From positions 1 through 26,499 of the IMG/VR virus record IMGVR_UViG_3300043414_000021: a DNA stretch of 26,499 bases; one strand, 5' to 3'. Below are positions 1 to 7,592 of the stretch, piece by piece. The notes under the pieces are model-generated. The model made no database searches. It was not told where the DNA came from and saw only the letters and a list, made by a program, of their open reading frames with translations. Origin of the DNA: a virus (taxonomy: Duplodnaviria > Caudoviricetes). Both the position numbers and the translations under genes were made by a program. The first letter of the stretch is position 1. Every line of letters begins with the position of its first letter.

Positions 1-202
1 GAGCAGTGCCTACTAGCCTTTGCCTGTCTCGGTCATCAACAACACAACCGAGAGACTGCATAGTAGCACTACTGTTTAAACAAGTGCAAGTGCCAGTGAT
101 GACAAGTTGTCGCAGGGGGACAACGCCACGTGCGTGTGTGCGTGCGCGTGTATGCGCGCCTGATTTCTTTTTTGTAAACCTCGCATCGGGTTGAAGGGCG
201 AG

Positions 203-441
203 TTATCCACAACTGTATGAATGACCATATGCCCCGGAATCGGGTCTAGAACGGCCTCAGAGCGATTTAAACGCTAGTGCAGGGCTGAGTACCAGCACTA
301 TCGCGTTCGTCGATTCTGGAGGGTTTCCCAGTAAACATGCGGGTTCCAGAGGGGGTCTGAACCTGTATATCCGTACAGTGTGGATAAGCTGTGGATAACG
401 TTATTAGAAATTGTCCACAGGCTATTCACAAGTTATCCACA
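203..441. promoter_or_regulatory. Cluster of DnaA boxes (oriC-like)
   Basis: TTATCCACA at 203-211 and 433-441; TGTGGATAA (reverse complement) at 379-387 and 390-398; near-consensus TTGTCCACA at 411-419 and CTATTCACA at 422-430. Confidence 0.85.
363..378. promoter_or_regulatory. SOS box (LexA operator, beta/gammaproteobacterial type)
   Basis: CTGTATATCCGTACAG matches CTGT-N8-ACAG with the typical AT-alternating spacer start. Confidence 0.7.
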
Positions 442-452
442 AGGGGTAGAAT
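425..452 (+). promoter_or_regulatory. Putative sigma70 promoter for terS
   Basis: TTCACA (425-430), 16-bp spacer, TAGAAT (447-452); overlapped by two DnaA boxes. Confidence 0.5.
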
Positions 453-509
453 GCGAACAGGTTTAAACGGTGCATGCAAGCGCCGACAACATAAGTGAGG
501 GTTGGTCGA

Positions 510-1133
510 ATGAGCAGAGATGATTGGGATGATGGGGTCGAAGAGGACGGTCAGAGCGATAGCGTGGATGAAAACCCCGCATCAAGCACGAACGTTGAAG
601 ACCCCGGCATCCGCAGGGAAGTGCTCCAAATGATAGAGGGCACCAAAGAGAGAAGAAGAGTAGATGGAAAGCCAATAGGGGTGAAGACAGATTTACCTAG
701 GATCACACCCAAGATGAGGCAGTTCGCCTCCCTCGTTGCCCAAGGCAATAGTCCAAGAGACGCCTATCGAAAAGCCTATGCAGTGCGCACAGATACAGCA
801 GAGTCGACAGTGATCGCCAGCGCGAACAAGCTCATGAAGGATCGGAGGATATCTGGACTCATGGAACCCATCTGGGAGTCGATAAAACAGAACGTAATTG
901 ATGACGCAATCGCCACTAGACGCCACGTTCTAGAGCAGTTACATGCCCATGCATCCGACACCAATGTGCGCACTGGTGACCGTTTAAAGGCCCTAGAACT
1001 GATGGGCAAAGCCATCGGCATGTTCGTAGACAAGACCGAGCAAAAGGTCGAGCAGGTCGATCCAGAACAGCTGAAGCGTGAGCTTGACTCTCACCTCAAG
1101 GCGTTCAAGCTGAAAGCAGTTGGTTCCACGTGA
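510..1133 (+). CDS. terS: Terminase small subunit
   Basis: HTH-like ITPKMRQFASLVAQGNSPRDAYRKAY and DRLKALELMGKAIGMF motifs typical of TerS; lies upstream of terL. ATG at 510 (GAGGG at 497-501) preferred over the ORF-track start at 495. Confidence 0.8.
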   Translation: MSRDDWDDGVEEDGQSDSVDENPASSTNVEDPGIRREVLQMIEGTKERRRVDGKPIGVKTDLPRITPKMRQFASLVAQGNSPRDAYRKAYAVRTDTAESTVIASANKLMKDRRISGLMEPIWESIKQNVIDDAIATRRHVLEQLHAHASDTNVRTGDRLKALELMGKAIGMFVDKTEQKVEQVDPEQLKRELDSHLKAFKLKAVGST

Positions 1134-1136
1134 AAC
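1123..1136. promoter_or_regulatory. parS-like site (ParB binding palindrome)
   Basis: GTTCCACGTGAAAC matches the core of chromosomal parS (TGTTTCACGTGAAACA / TGTTCCACGTGGAACA); overlaps the terS stop codon. Confidence 0.65.
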
Positions 1137-1140
1137 GATA

Positions 1141-1246
1141 GTTCTGGTCTAGACGATAGTGCAAGCGCAGATGATCATACGATTGCAGAGGATGATGCAA
1201 GCGCAGAGGATGGTTCTGGTCTGGAGAACGACCCGAGGATGGTTCT
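1141..1246. repeat. Mosaic short direct repeats downstream of terS
   Basis: GTTCTGGTCT x2, TGCAAGCGCAGA x2, GCAGAGGATG x2 and GAGGATGGTTCT x2 within about 105 bp. Confidence 0.7.
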
Positions 1247-1262
1247 AATCGGCGGTAGGAGA

Positions 1263-1468
1263 CCCCACCCGTACCCCACCCCCCCGTTGGGCCACCGGGT
1301 GCATCGTCACACCCTACACTCTGTTCCACACATCCCATCACCACTCCCCCAACAAGTGCTATCATCCAAACACCCCCCCACCCTATTGCAAATTATGACT
1401 TGCAATGTTTAAACTTGCGTATAGAATACCCCCCCATACGAACGTTCGTGTTTCTACCGGGGGGGGGG
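1263..1468. repeat. C/G homopolymer-rich intergenic region
   Basis: C4-A-C3-GTA-C4-A-C7 at 1263-1285; further C5-C7 runs to 1383; C7 at 1429-1435; G10 at 1459-1468. Confidence 0.85.
1400..1427 (+). promoter_or_regulatory. Putative sigma70 promoter for the lexA-like/terL operon
   Basis: TTGCAA (1400-1405), 16-bp spacer containing GTTTAAAC, TAGAAT (1422-1427). Confidence 0.55.
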
Positions 1469-1469
1469 T

Positions 1470-1721
1470 ATGTTTCAAAAGCAAGAAGGACTTACCCCTA
1501 GGCAAGAGCTAGTGCTTGAGTTTGTGCATGCGTATATCAAGTTAAAAGGCTATCCGCCTTCGTATAACAACATTGCACAAGGCATGAAGTTAAAGAGCAG
1601 ATCTAACGTTCATAGGATTGTTCATACATTGAGGCAAAAGGGTTACCTAAGAGTGCAAGCTCACAAGTTTAGGAGTTTGAAGGTGGCTGACAAGGGCATT
1701 AAGAAGATACTTGCCTTATGA
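1470..1721 (+). CDS. Stand-alone LexA-type winged-helix DNA-binding protein (no peptidase domain)
   Basis: LTPRQELVLEFV..YIK.KGYPPSY..IA..M.LKSRSNVHRIV..L..KGYL matches the LexA N-terminal domain; only 83 aa; ATGA overlap with terL. Confidence 0.85.
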   Translation: MFQKQEGLTPRQELVLEFVHAYIKLKGYPPSYNNIAQGMKLKSRSNVHRIVHTLRQKGYLRVQAHKFRSLKVADKGIKKILAL

Positions 1722-3223
1722 GTTTGTTAACAAAACAGGAAGTAAAAGACTATCGCAAGCTTCTGGATGCCCTTCCAGAGGGGCATCCCAACATTGGGAA
1801 GATTGCTCAACTTTTAAAGGCAGATAAGGTTGAGCGTTGTAAGGAAAATTTCTTACCCTTTGTAAAAGAGATGTGGCCTGTCTTTATATCTGGAAGGCAT
1901 CATCAAATCATGGCAGAGGCTTTTGAAAGAGTTGCCTCGGGCGATTTGAAAAGACTGATCATTAACATGCCTCCCCGTCACACTAAGAGTGAGTTTGCCT
2001 CTTTTCTGTTTCCTGCGTGGTTTCTAGGTAAGTTCCCAGAGAAGAAGATCATTCAGACCGCGCACACCGCTGAGTTAGCAGTTGGCTTTGGTAGGAAGGT
2101 GCGTAACGTTGTTAACACTCCCGAATATCAGGCAATCTTCCCTACCAAGTTATCAACTGATTCCAAAGCGGCAGGTAGATGGAACACCAACAAAGGAGGC
2201 GATTACTTCGCTATCGGCGTTGGTGGAGCTGTTACAGGCAAGGGCGCAGATGTTCTAATCATTGATGATCCGCATTCAGAACAAGAGGCAATGCTAGGAA
2301 ACCCCGCAGTCTATGACCGCGTGTTTGAATGGTACAACGCCGGTCCTAGACAGCGTTTGCAACCGGGCGGGGCTATTGTTGTTGTTATGACCAGATGGTC
2401 TAAAAGAGATCTAACTGGTCAGATTGTTAACAACGCAATCAAACGGGATGCAGATGAATGGGAAGTTATAGAACTTCCCGCATTGATGCCTTCAGGAAAT
2501 CCTTTGTGGCCTGAGTTCTGGAGCCAGAAAGAACTAGAGGCAATCAAGAATGAACTCCCGGTAAGCAAGTGGGAAGCCCAGTACCAGCAGAACCCAACCT
2601 CTGAAGAGGGGGCAATCATCAAGCGGGAGATGTGGCAAGTCTGGGAAAAAGATAATCCCCCGCAATGCGAGTACCTTATACAGTCTTGGGATACAGCCTT
2701 TGAAAAGAATTCAAGGGCTGACTACTCCGCTTGTACAACATGGGGCGTGTTCTATCATCCAAATGAGAATGGAGATGAGATAGCCAACATCATCCTATTG
2801 GATGCTTTTAAAGATCGAATGGAGTTCCCGGCTTTAAAAAAGAAAGCATTAGAGATGTACAAAGAATGGGAGCCAGATTCATTGATTATTGAAAAGAAAG
2901 CAGCAGGCGCTCCCTTAATCTATGAACTAAGGCAACTAGGTATTCCATTGTCGGAATACACGCCATCAAGAGGCAATGATAAGATTGCCCGTGTAAACGC
3001 AATATCAGATGTATTTGCCTCTGGTTTGGTCTGGGCACCAGATACCAGATGGGCAGAGGAATTAGTTGAAGAGGTCGCGTCTTTTCCAAACGGGGACCAC
3101 GACGACCTTGTGGATTCTACAAGTCAGGCTCTTCTTAGATTCAGACAAGGCGGTTTCATTAGGTTGGAATCCGACATGAAAGAAGAAGAGCCAGTGTTTA
3201 AACGTAAAATGGCGTATTACTAA
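1718..3223 (+). CDS. terL: Terminase large subunit
   Basis: Walker A-like INMPPRHTKS, Walker B LIIDDP, coupling motif VVMTRW, YQQNP, nuclease motifs QSWDTA and HDDLVD. Confidence 0.97.
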   Translation: MSLLTKQEVKDYRKLLDALPEGHPNIGKIAQLLKADKVERCKENFLPFVKEMWPVFISGRHHQIMAEAFERVASGDLKRLIINMPPRHTKSEFASFLFPAWFLGKFPEKKIIQTAHTAELAVGFGRKVRNVVNTPEYQAIFPTKLSTDSKAAGRWNTNKGGDYFAIGVGGAVTGKGADVLIIDDPHSEQEAMLGNPAVYDRVFEWYNAGPRQRLQPGGAIVVVMTRWSKRDLTGQIVNNAIKRDADEWEVIELPALMPSGNPLWPEFWSQKELEAIKNELPVSKWEAQYQQNPTSEEGAIIKREMWQVWEKDNPPQCEYLIQSWDTAFEKNSRADYSACTTWGVFYHPNENGDEIANIILLDAFKDRMEFPALKKKALEMYKEWEPDSLIIEKKAAGAPLIYELRQLGIPLSEYTPSRGNDKIARVNAISDVFASGLVWAPDTRWAEELVEEVASFPNGDHDDLVDSTSQALLRFRQGGFIRLESDMKEEEPVFKRKMAYY

Positions 3224-5634
3224 TGTCTATTGAAAAATCTCTCTACGCGGCACCAGAAGGTCTTGAAGCTCTCGATGACGGAGAGGAGCTAGACATTGAA
3301 GTTGATGATGAACTTGGTTCAACCCAAGAAGAACCTGAAGAACCTATTGGGTTTGATGAGAACCTTGTAGAGCATCTTGACCCACGGGTTGTAGAAGAAC
3401 TTGTTTCAGATATTCTTAGTGACTTTGATGATGATATCTCTGCCCGTAAAGACTGGATCAAAGCTTATGTAGATGGTCTTGAGCTTTTAGGATTAAAAAT
3501 TGAAGAGCGCATGGACCCGTGGCCGGGTGCCTGTGGCGTTTACCACCCGCTACTGTCGGAAGCCTTGGTTAAGTTCCAAGCAGAGACAATCATGGAGATC
3601 TTCCCTGCTTCCGGTCCTGTAAAGACCGAGATCATAGGCAAGGAAACTCCAGAGAAGAAAGACGCCGCCGCTCGGGTTCAAGCCGACATGAACTATCGGT
3701 TGACTGATGAAATGACCGAGTACCGCCCGGAGACAGAACGTCTTCTTTGGGGTCTGGGAATTTCAGGCAACGCTTTCCGTAAGGTCTACTTTGATCCCGG
3801 TTTAAACAGGCAAACAGCTTTGTTTGTACCGGCTGAAGATGTTGTGGTTCCTTACGGCGCATCCAACATTGAAACATCCCCTCGCGTCACTCATGTAATG
3901 AGGAAGACCGAGAATGAGCTTCGCCGTCTTCAAGTTCTAGGTTTTTATGCTGATATTGACCTTGGCGAACCCAACAACACTTTAGATGAGGTTGAAAAGA
4001 AGATTGCCGAAAAGATGGGATTTCGGGCCTCATCAGACGACCGATACAAGCTACTTGAGATGCAGGTAAATCTTGACATCCCCGGACTAGAACACACGGA
4101 TGAGGACGGCGAACCCACTGGATTAGCATTGCCATACCTTGTCACAGTTGAGAAGGGCAGCAATAAATGCCTTGCCATTCGCAGGAACTGGGAAGAGAGT
4201 GATGAGACACACAAAAAACGCCAGCATTTTGTTCATTATGGGTACATCCCCGGTTTTGGATTTTATTGTTTTGGTCTTATTCATCTTATTGGGGCTTTCG
4301 CCAAGTCTGGCACTTCTATCATTAGACAGTTGGTTGACGCCGGAACTCTTGCTAATCTGCCCGGAGGCTTTAAAACAAGAGGAATGCGGGTCAAAGGTGA
4401 CGACACCCCAATTGCCCCAGCAGAGTTTAGAGACGTAGACGTTCCGTCAGGGGCAATCAAAGACAACTTGATGTTGTTGCCCTACAAAGAACCAAGCCAA
4501 GTCCTTCTAACGCTCTTAAATCAAATCGTAGACGATGGGCGTAGGTTTGCTAACACCGCAGACTTCCAAGCGTCTGACATGTCTGCTAACGCCCCTGTAG
4601 GGACAACGTTAGCCATCCTAGAGCGTACCCTAAAGGTAATGAGTGCGGTCCAAGCCCGTATCCATTACTCCATGAAGCAAGAGCTTCGTCTGCTTAAAAC
4701 CATCATTGCAGACTATACGCCAGAAGAGTATGAGTACCAGCCTATTGAGGGGGATAGAAAAGCTAAGAAGTCTGACTATGAAATGGTGGATGTTATCCCC
4801 GTGTCAGACCCAAACGCCGCAACGCTTTCTCAAAAAGTTGTTCAATATCAGGCAGTCATTCAACTTGCACAGCAAGCGCCACAGTTGTATGACTTAGCCT
4901 ATCTACATAGGCAAATGCTTGAAGTTCTTAGCATTCCAAATGCTAATAAGTTGGTTGCATTGGAAGACGACCAGAAACCAATGGACCCAATGTCCGAAAA
5001 CATTAGCGCAATGAAAGGCAAACCCTTAAAGGCGTTTATCTATCAGGACCAAGACGCCCATATTGCAGCGCACCAAGCGTTCATGCAGGACCCAGTTGTT
5101 ATGCAAACAATTGGTCAAAACCCGCAAGCGCAAATGATCATGTCTTCCCTGCAAGCGCATATTGCAGACCATCTAGGGTTCTCTTATAGGGCAAAACTAG
5201 AGAAACAAATGGGCGTCACTATGCCACCGCCCGACAAAGAACTTCCAAAAGAACTTGAAGTGGAGCTTTCCAAGCTTATTGCTGTTGCATCGCAACAATT
5301 GCTACAGAGCAATAAAGCTCAAGCCGCGCAGCAGCAAGCGCAGCAACAAGCCCAAGACCCGCTTATTCAAATGCAACAAGCAGAACTTCAAATCAAAGGA
5401 CAAGAAGTTCAACGTAAAGCAACAAAAGACCAAACAGATGCCCAGATCAAAGGGCAACAACTCCAGATTGAAAGAGAAAGAATTCAACAACAGGCACAAA
5501 CAGATGCAATGCGTATACAGGCGCAGCAACAACAAGCCCAAGAACGTAACGCTCATGACCACGAACTAGAACGGACGCGATTGGGTGTACAAACGGCAAT
5601 TGAACAAGCCAGATTACAAAAAGGTCAAGAATGA
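3223..5634 (+). CDS. Portal protein
   Basis: 803 aa directly after terL; GFYCFGLIHLIG and RQLVDAGTLANLPGG motifs; long Gln-rich C-terminal coiled coil like the P22-type portal barrel. Confidence 0.9.
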   Translation: MSIEKSLYAAPEGLEALDDGEELDIEVDDELGSTQEEPEEPIGFDENLVEHLDPRVVEELVSDILSDFDDDISARKDWIKAYVDGLELLGLKIEERMDPWPGACGVYHPLLSEALVKFQAETIMEIFPASGPVKTEIIGKETPEKKDAAARVQADMNYRLTDEMTEYRPETERLLWGLGISGNAFRKVYFDPGLNRQTALFVPAEDVVVPYGASNIETSPRVTHVMRKTENELRRLQVLGFYADIDLGEPNNTLDEVEKKIAEKMGFRASSDDRYKLLEMQVNLDIPGLEHTDEDGEPTGLALPYLVTVEKGSNKCLAIRRNWEESDETHKKRQHFVHYGYIPGFGFYCFGLIHLIGAFAKSGTSIIRQLVDAGTLANLPGGFKTRGMRVKGDDTPIAPAEFRDVDVPSGAIKDNLMLLPYKEPSQVLLTLLNQIVDDGRRFANTADFQASDMSANAPVGTTLAILERTLKVMSAVQARIHYSMKQELRLLKTIIADYTPEEYEYQPIEGDRKAKKSDYEMVDVIPVSDPNAATLSQKVVQYQAVIQLAQQAPQLYDLAYLHRQMLEVLSIPNANKLVALEDDQKPMDPMSENISAMKGKPLKAFIYQDQDAHIAAHQAFMQDPVVMQTIGQNPQAQMIMSSLQAHIADHLGFSYRAKLEKQMGVTMPPPDKELPKELEVELSKLIAVASQQLLQSNKAQAAQQQAQQQAQDPLIQMQQAELQIKGQEVQRKATKDQTDAQIKGQQLQIERERIQQQAQTDAMRIQAQQQQAQERNAHDHELERTRLGVQTAIEQARLQKGQE

Positions 5635-5825
5635 TTGATAAGTACATACGCATTCTTATTGACGAGATTGACGACAAAATTGAACAACTCCAAGACGCGA
5701 TGTCGATTGGTTCGCCCCGCGACTTCCCGGAGTACAAAGAAATGGTCGGTGTGGTTAAAGGTCTACGCATCGCCCGTTTAAACCTAACAGACCTACGTTC
5801 TAAAGTTGAGGAATCCGATGACTAA
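5631..5825 (+). CDS. Small hypothetical protein
   Basis: 64 aa, ATGA-coupled to the portal stop; helical, with YKEMVGVVKGL. Confidence 0.75.
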   Translation: MIDKYIRILIDEIDDKIEQLQDAMSIGSPRDFPEYKEMVGVVKGLRIARLNLTDLRSKVEESDD

Positions 5826-6210
5826 ACTCGTATTGGCTACAGAAAACGGCGAAGTACCTGAAAACGCCGAAGACAAAGCCAAACAACTACCCCGCCCAGC
5901 CGGGTATCACGTTCTTTGTGCAGTACCAGAAGTTGAAGAAGAGTTTGAAAACGGTCTTATCAAATCTTCAACAACCGTTCACTTTGAAGAAATGCTAACC
6001 ACAGTGCTTTTTGTGGTTGCAATGGGTCCAGATGCATACAAAGACCCTAAGAAGTTCCCTTCTGGGCCTTGGTGCAAGGTGGGAGACTTTGTTTTAGTAC
6101 GTCCAAACGCAGGTTCTAGGCTGGTAATCCACGGCAAAGACTTCCGTTTGATCAATGACGACACCATTGAAGCCGTAGTAGATGATCCTCGCGGAATCAA
6201 ACGTAAATAA
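5818..6210 (+). CDS. groES: GroES/Cpn10-like co-chaperonin
   Basis: LPRPAGYHVL, GLI, VVAMGPDAY, WCKVGDFVL and FRLINDDTIEAVV match the GroES fold; GAGGA RBS before ATG 5818. Confidence 0.88.
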   Translation: MTKLVLATENGEVPENAEDKAKQLPRPAGYHVLCAVPEVEEEFENGLIKSSTTVHFEEMLTTVLFVVAMGPDAYKDPKKFPSGPWCKVGDFVLVRPNAGSRLVIHGKDFRLINDDTIEAVVDDPRGIKRK

Positions 6211-6220
6211 GGAGCTAGAA

Positions 6221-7126
6221 ATGGCTGAATACGAGAAAGAAGAGTTTAAATTCCCTGATGAAATCGAATCCGAAGCCAAAAACGAGGCTGAAGACGACGA
6301 CATCGAGGTAGATATTGAAGACGACACCCCTGAAAAGGACAAAAACCGCGAACCTTTGCCTAAAAAAGTGGCAGAAGACCTCTATAACGACGAGTTAGAG
6401 GACTATTCAGCCAAGGTAAAAGGCAAACTTGTAGCTCTAAAGAGGCTTGCACACGACGAAAGACGCGAAAAAGAGCGTGTTTTGCGTGAAAATCAAGAGG
6501 CAACAGCCCTTGCAAAGCGTCTTTTTGAAGAGAATAAACGCCTAAAATCGTCAATAAATGAGAATGAAAAGGTCACTCATTCAACGGTTTCAAGGGCAAT
6601 TGAGCTTGAATTGGATGGTGCAAAGCGAGCTTACAAAGAAGCATATGAATCTGGTGATACAGATAAGATGCTTGAAGCTCAATTGGATTTAACGCGAATT
6701 GCCAATAGCAATGAACGTGTTAAAAACTATGTACCAACCCCTTTACAAGAAGAAGAGTTTCATGTTCCAATAGAAGAACAGAAGTCAAATGTTGATCCAA
6801 CGGCTGTTCGCTGGCAAAAACAGAATCAGTGGTTTGGTCAAGATAAGGTGATGACGGGCATGGCTTTAGCCTTGCACGAAGCACTGAAAGACGAAGGTAT
6901 CGTTGTGGCTTCTGACGAATACTACAAACGCATTGATCAAACAATGCGACATAGGTTCCCTGAGAAATTTTCAAAGGCACCTTCTAAAAGCTCGATTGTG
7001 GCTCCCGCAACTCGTAGCACATCCTCTAAGCGTATTGCTTTGAAGACCTCGCAGGTCAACATTGCTAAGAAACTTGGAATCACTCCTGAGCAGTACGCTC
7101 GGGAAGTACTAAAACTGGAGTCATAA
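6221..7126 (+). CDS. Capsid scaffolding protein (putative)
   Basis: Acidic N-terminus, long coiled coil, NQWFG, C-terminal IAKKLGITPEQYA; between portal and capsid genes; AAGGAG RBS before ATG 6221. Confidence 0.75.
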   Translation: MAEYEKEEFKFPDEIESEAKNEAEDDDIEVDIEDDTPEKDKNREPLPKKVAEDLYNDELEDYSAKVKGKLVALKRLAHDERREKERVLRENQEATALAKRLFEENKRLKSSINENEKVTHSTVSRAIELELDGAKRAYKEAYESGDTDKMLEAQLDLTRIANSNERVKNYVPTPLQEEEFHVPIEEQKSNVDPTAVRWQKQNQWFGQDKVMTGMALALHEALKDEGIVVASDEYYKRIDQTMRHRFPEKFSKAPSKSSIVAPATRSTSSKRIALKTSQVNIAKKLGITPEQYAREVLKLES

Positions 7127-7127
7127 A

Positions 7128-7574
7128 ATGGCTGACCGTACACCTCGCAATCTTGAAACCCGTGATGTTGAAACCCGTCCAGCATTTTGGCGTCCGCCAG
7201 AGCTGTTGCCGGAACCAGACAAACAGGCAGGATACGCATACCGTTGGATTAGGATTTCTCTAAATGGCAGTGCTGACCCCCGCAACATTTCCGCAAAACT
7301 TCGGGAAGGCTGGGAACCAGTAAAGCTAGAAGAGCAACCACAGTTTCAAATGCTTGTTGATCCCAATAGTCGATTCAAAGACAATATTGAGGTTGGCGGG
7401 CTGTTGTTATGCAAGATTCCTGAAGAGTTTATGGTGCAACGTGCAAGGTATTTTGACGAAATGTCCCATAAACAGACGGAATCAGTAGACAACAATCTTA
7501 TGCGTCAAAGCGATCCGAGGATGCCACTGTTCAACGAACGGCGCTCCACGGTTAGTTTTGGCAAAGGCAGTTAA
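7128..7574 (+). CDS. Head-module hypothetical protein
   Basis: 148 aa, GGAG RBS, YRWIR and REGWEPV motifs; between scaffold and capsid genes. Confidence 0.8.
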   Translation: MADRTPRNLETRDVETRPAFWRPPELLPEPDKQAGYAYRWIRISLNGSADPRNISAKLREGWEPVKLEEQPQFQMLVDPNSRFKDNIEVGGLLLCKIPEEFMVQRARYFDEMSHKQTESVDNNLMRQSDPRMPLFNERRSTVSFGKGS

Positions 7575-7592
7575 ATTTTAATGGAGCTTTAA

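Noticed and set aside
6-194. 62-aa ORF in the ORF track
   Set aside because: No RBS visible; the translation (RACVRARVCA) merely reflects the alternating purine-pyrimidine tract.
315-350. Imperfect inverted repeat TCTGGA...TCCAGA with inner CCC...GGG as a recombination site
   Set aside because: Short arms, no recombinase in the window, cannot be distinguished from chance.
1103-1245. GTTC repeats as alphaproteobacterial LexA boxes (GTTC-N7-GTTC)
   Set aside because: Spacing between GTTC copies does not fit N7.
1105-1365. 86-aa minus-strand ORF
   Set aside because: Crosses the repeat and homopolymer region; low-complexity product; no supporting start signals.
5300-5630. CAA/CAG-rich low-complexity DNA
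   Set aside because: Explained by the Gln-rich coiled-coil tail of the portal protein.
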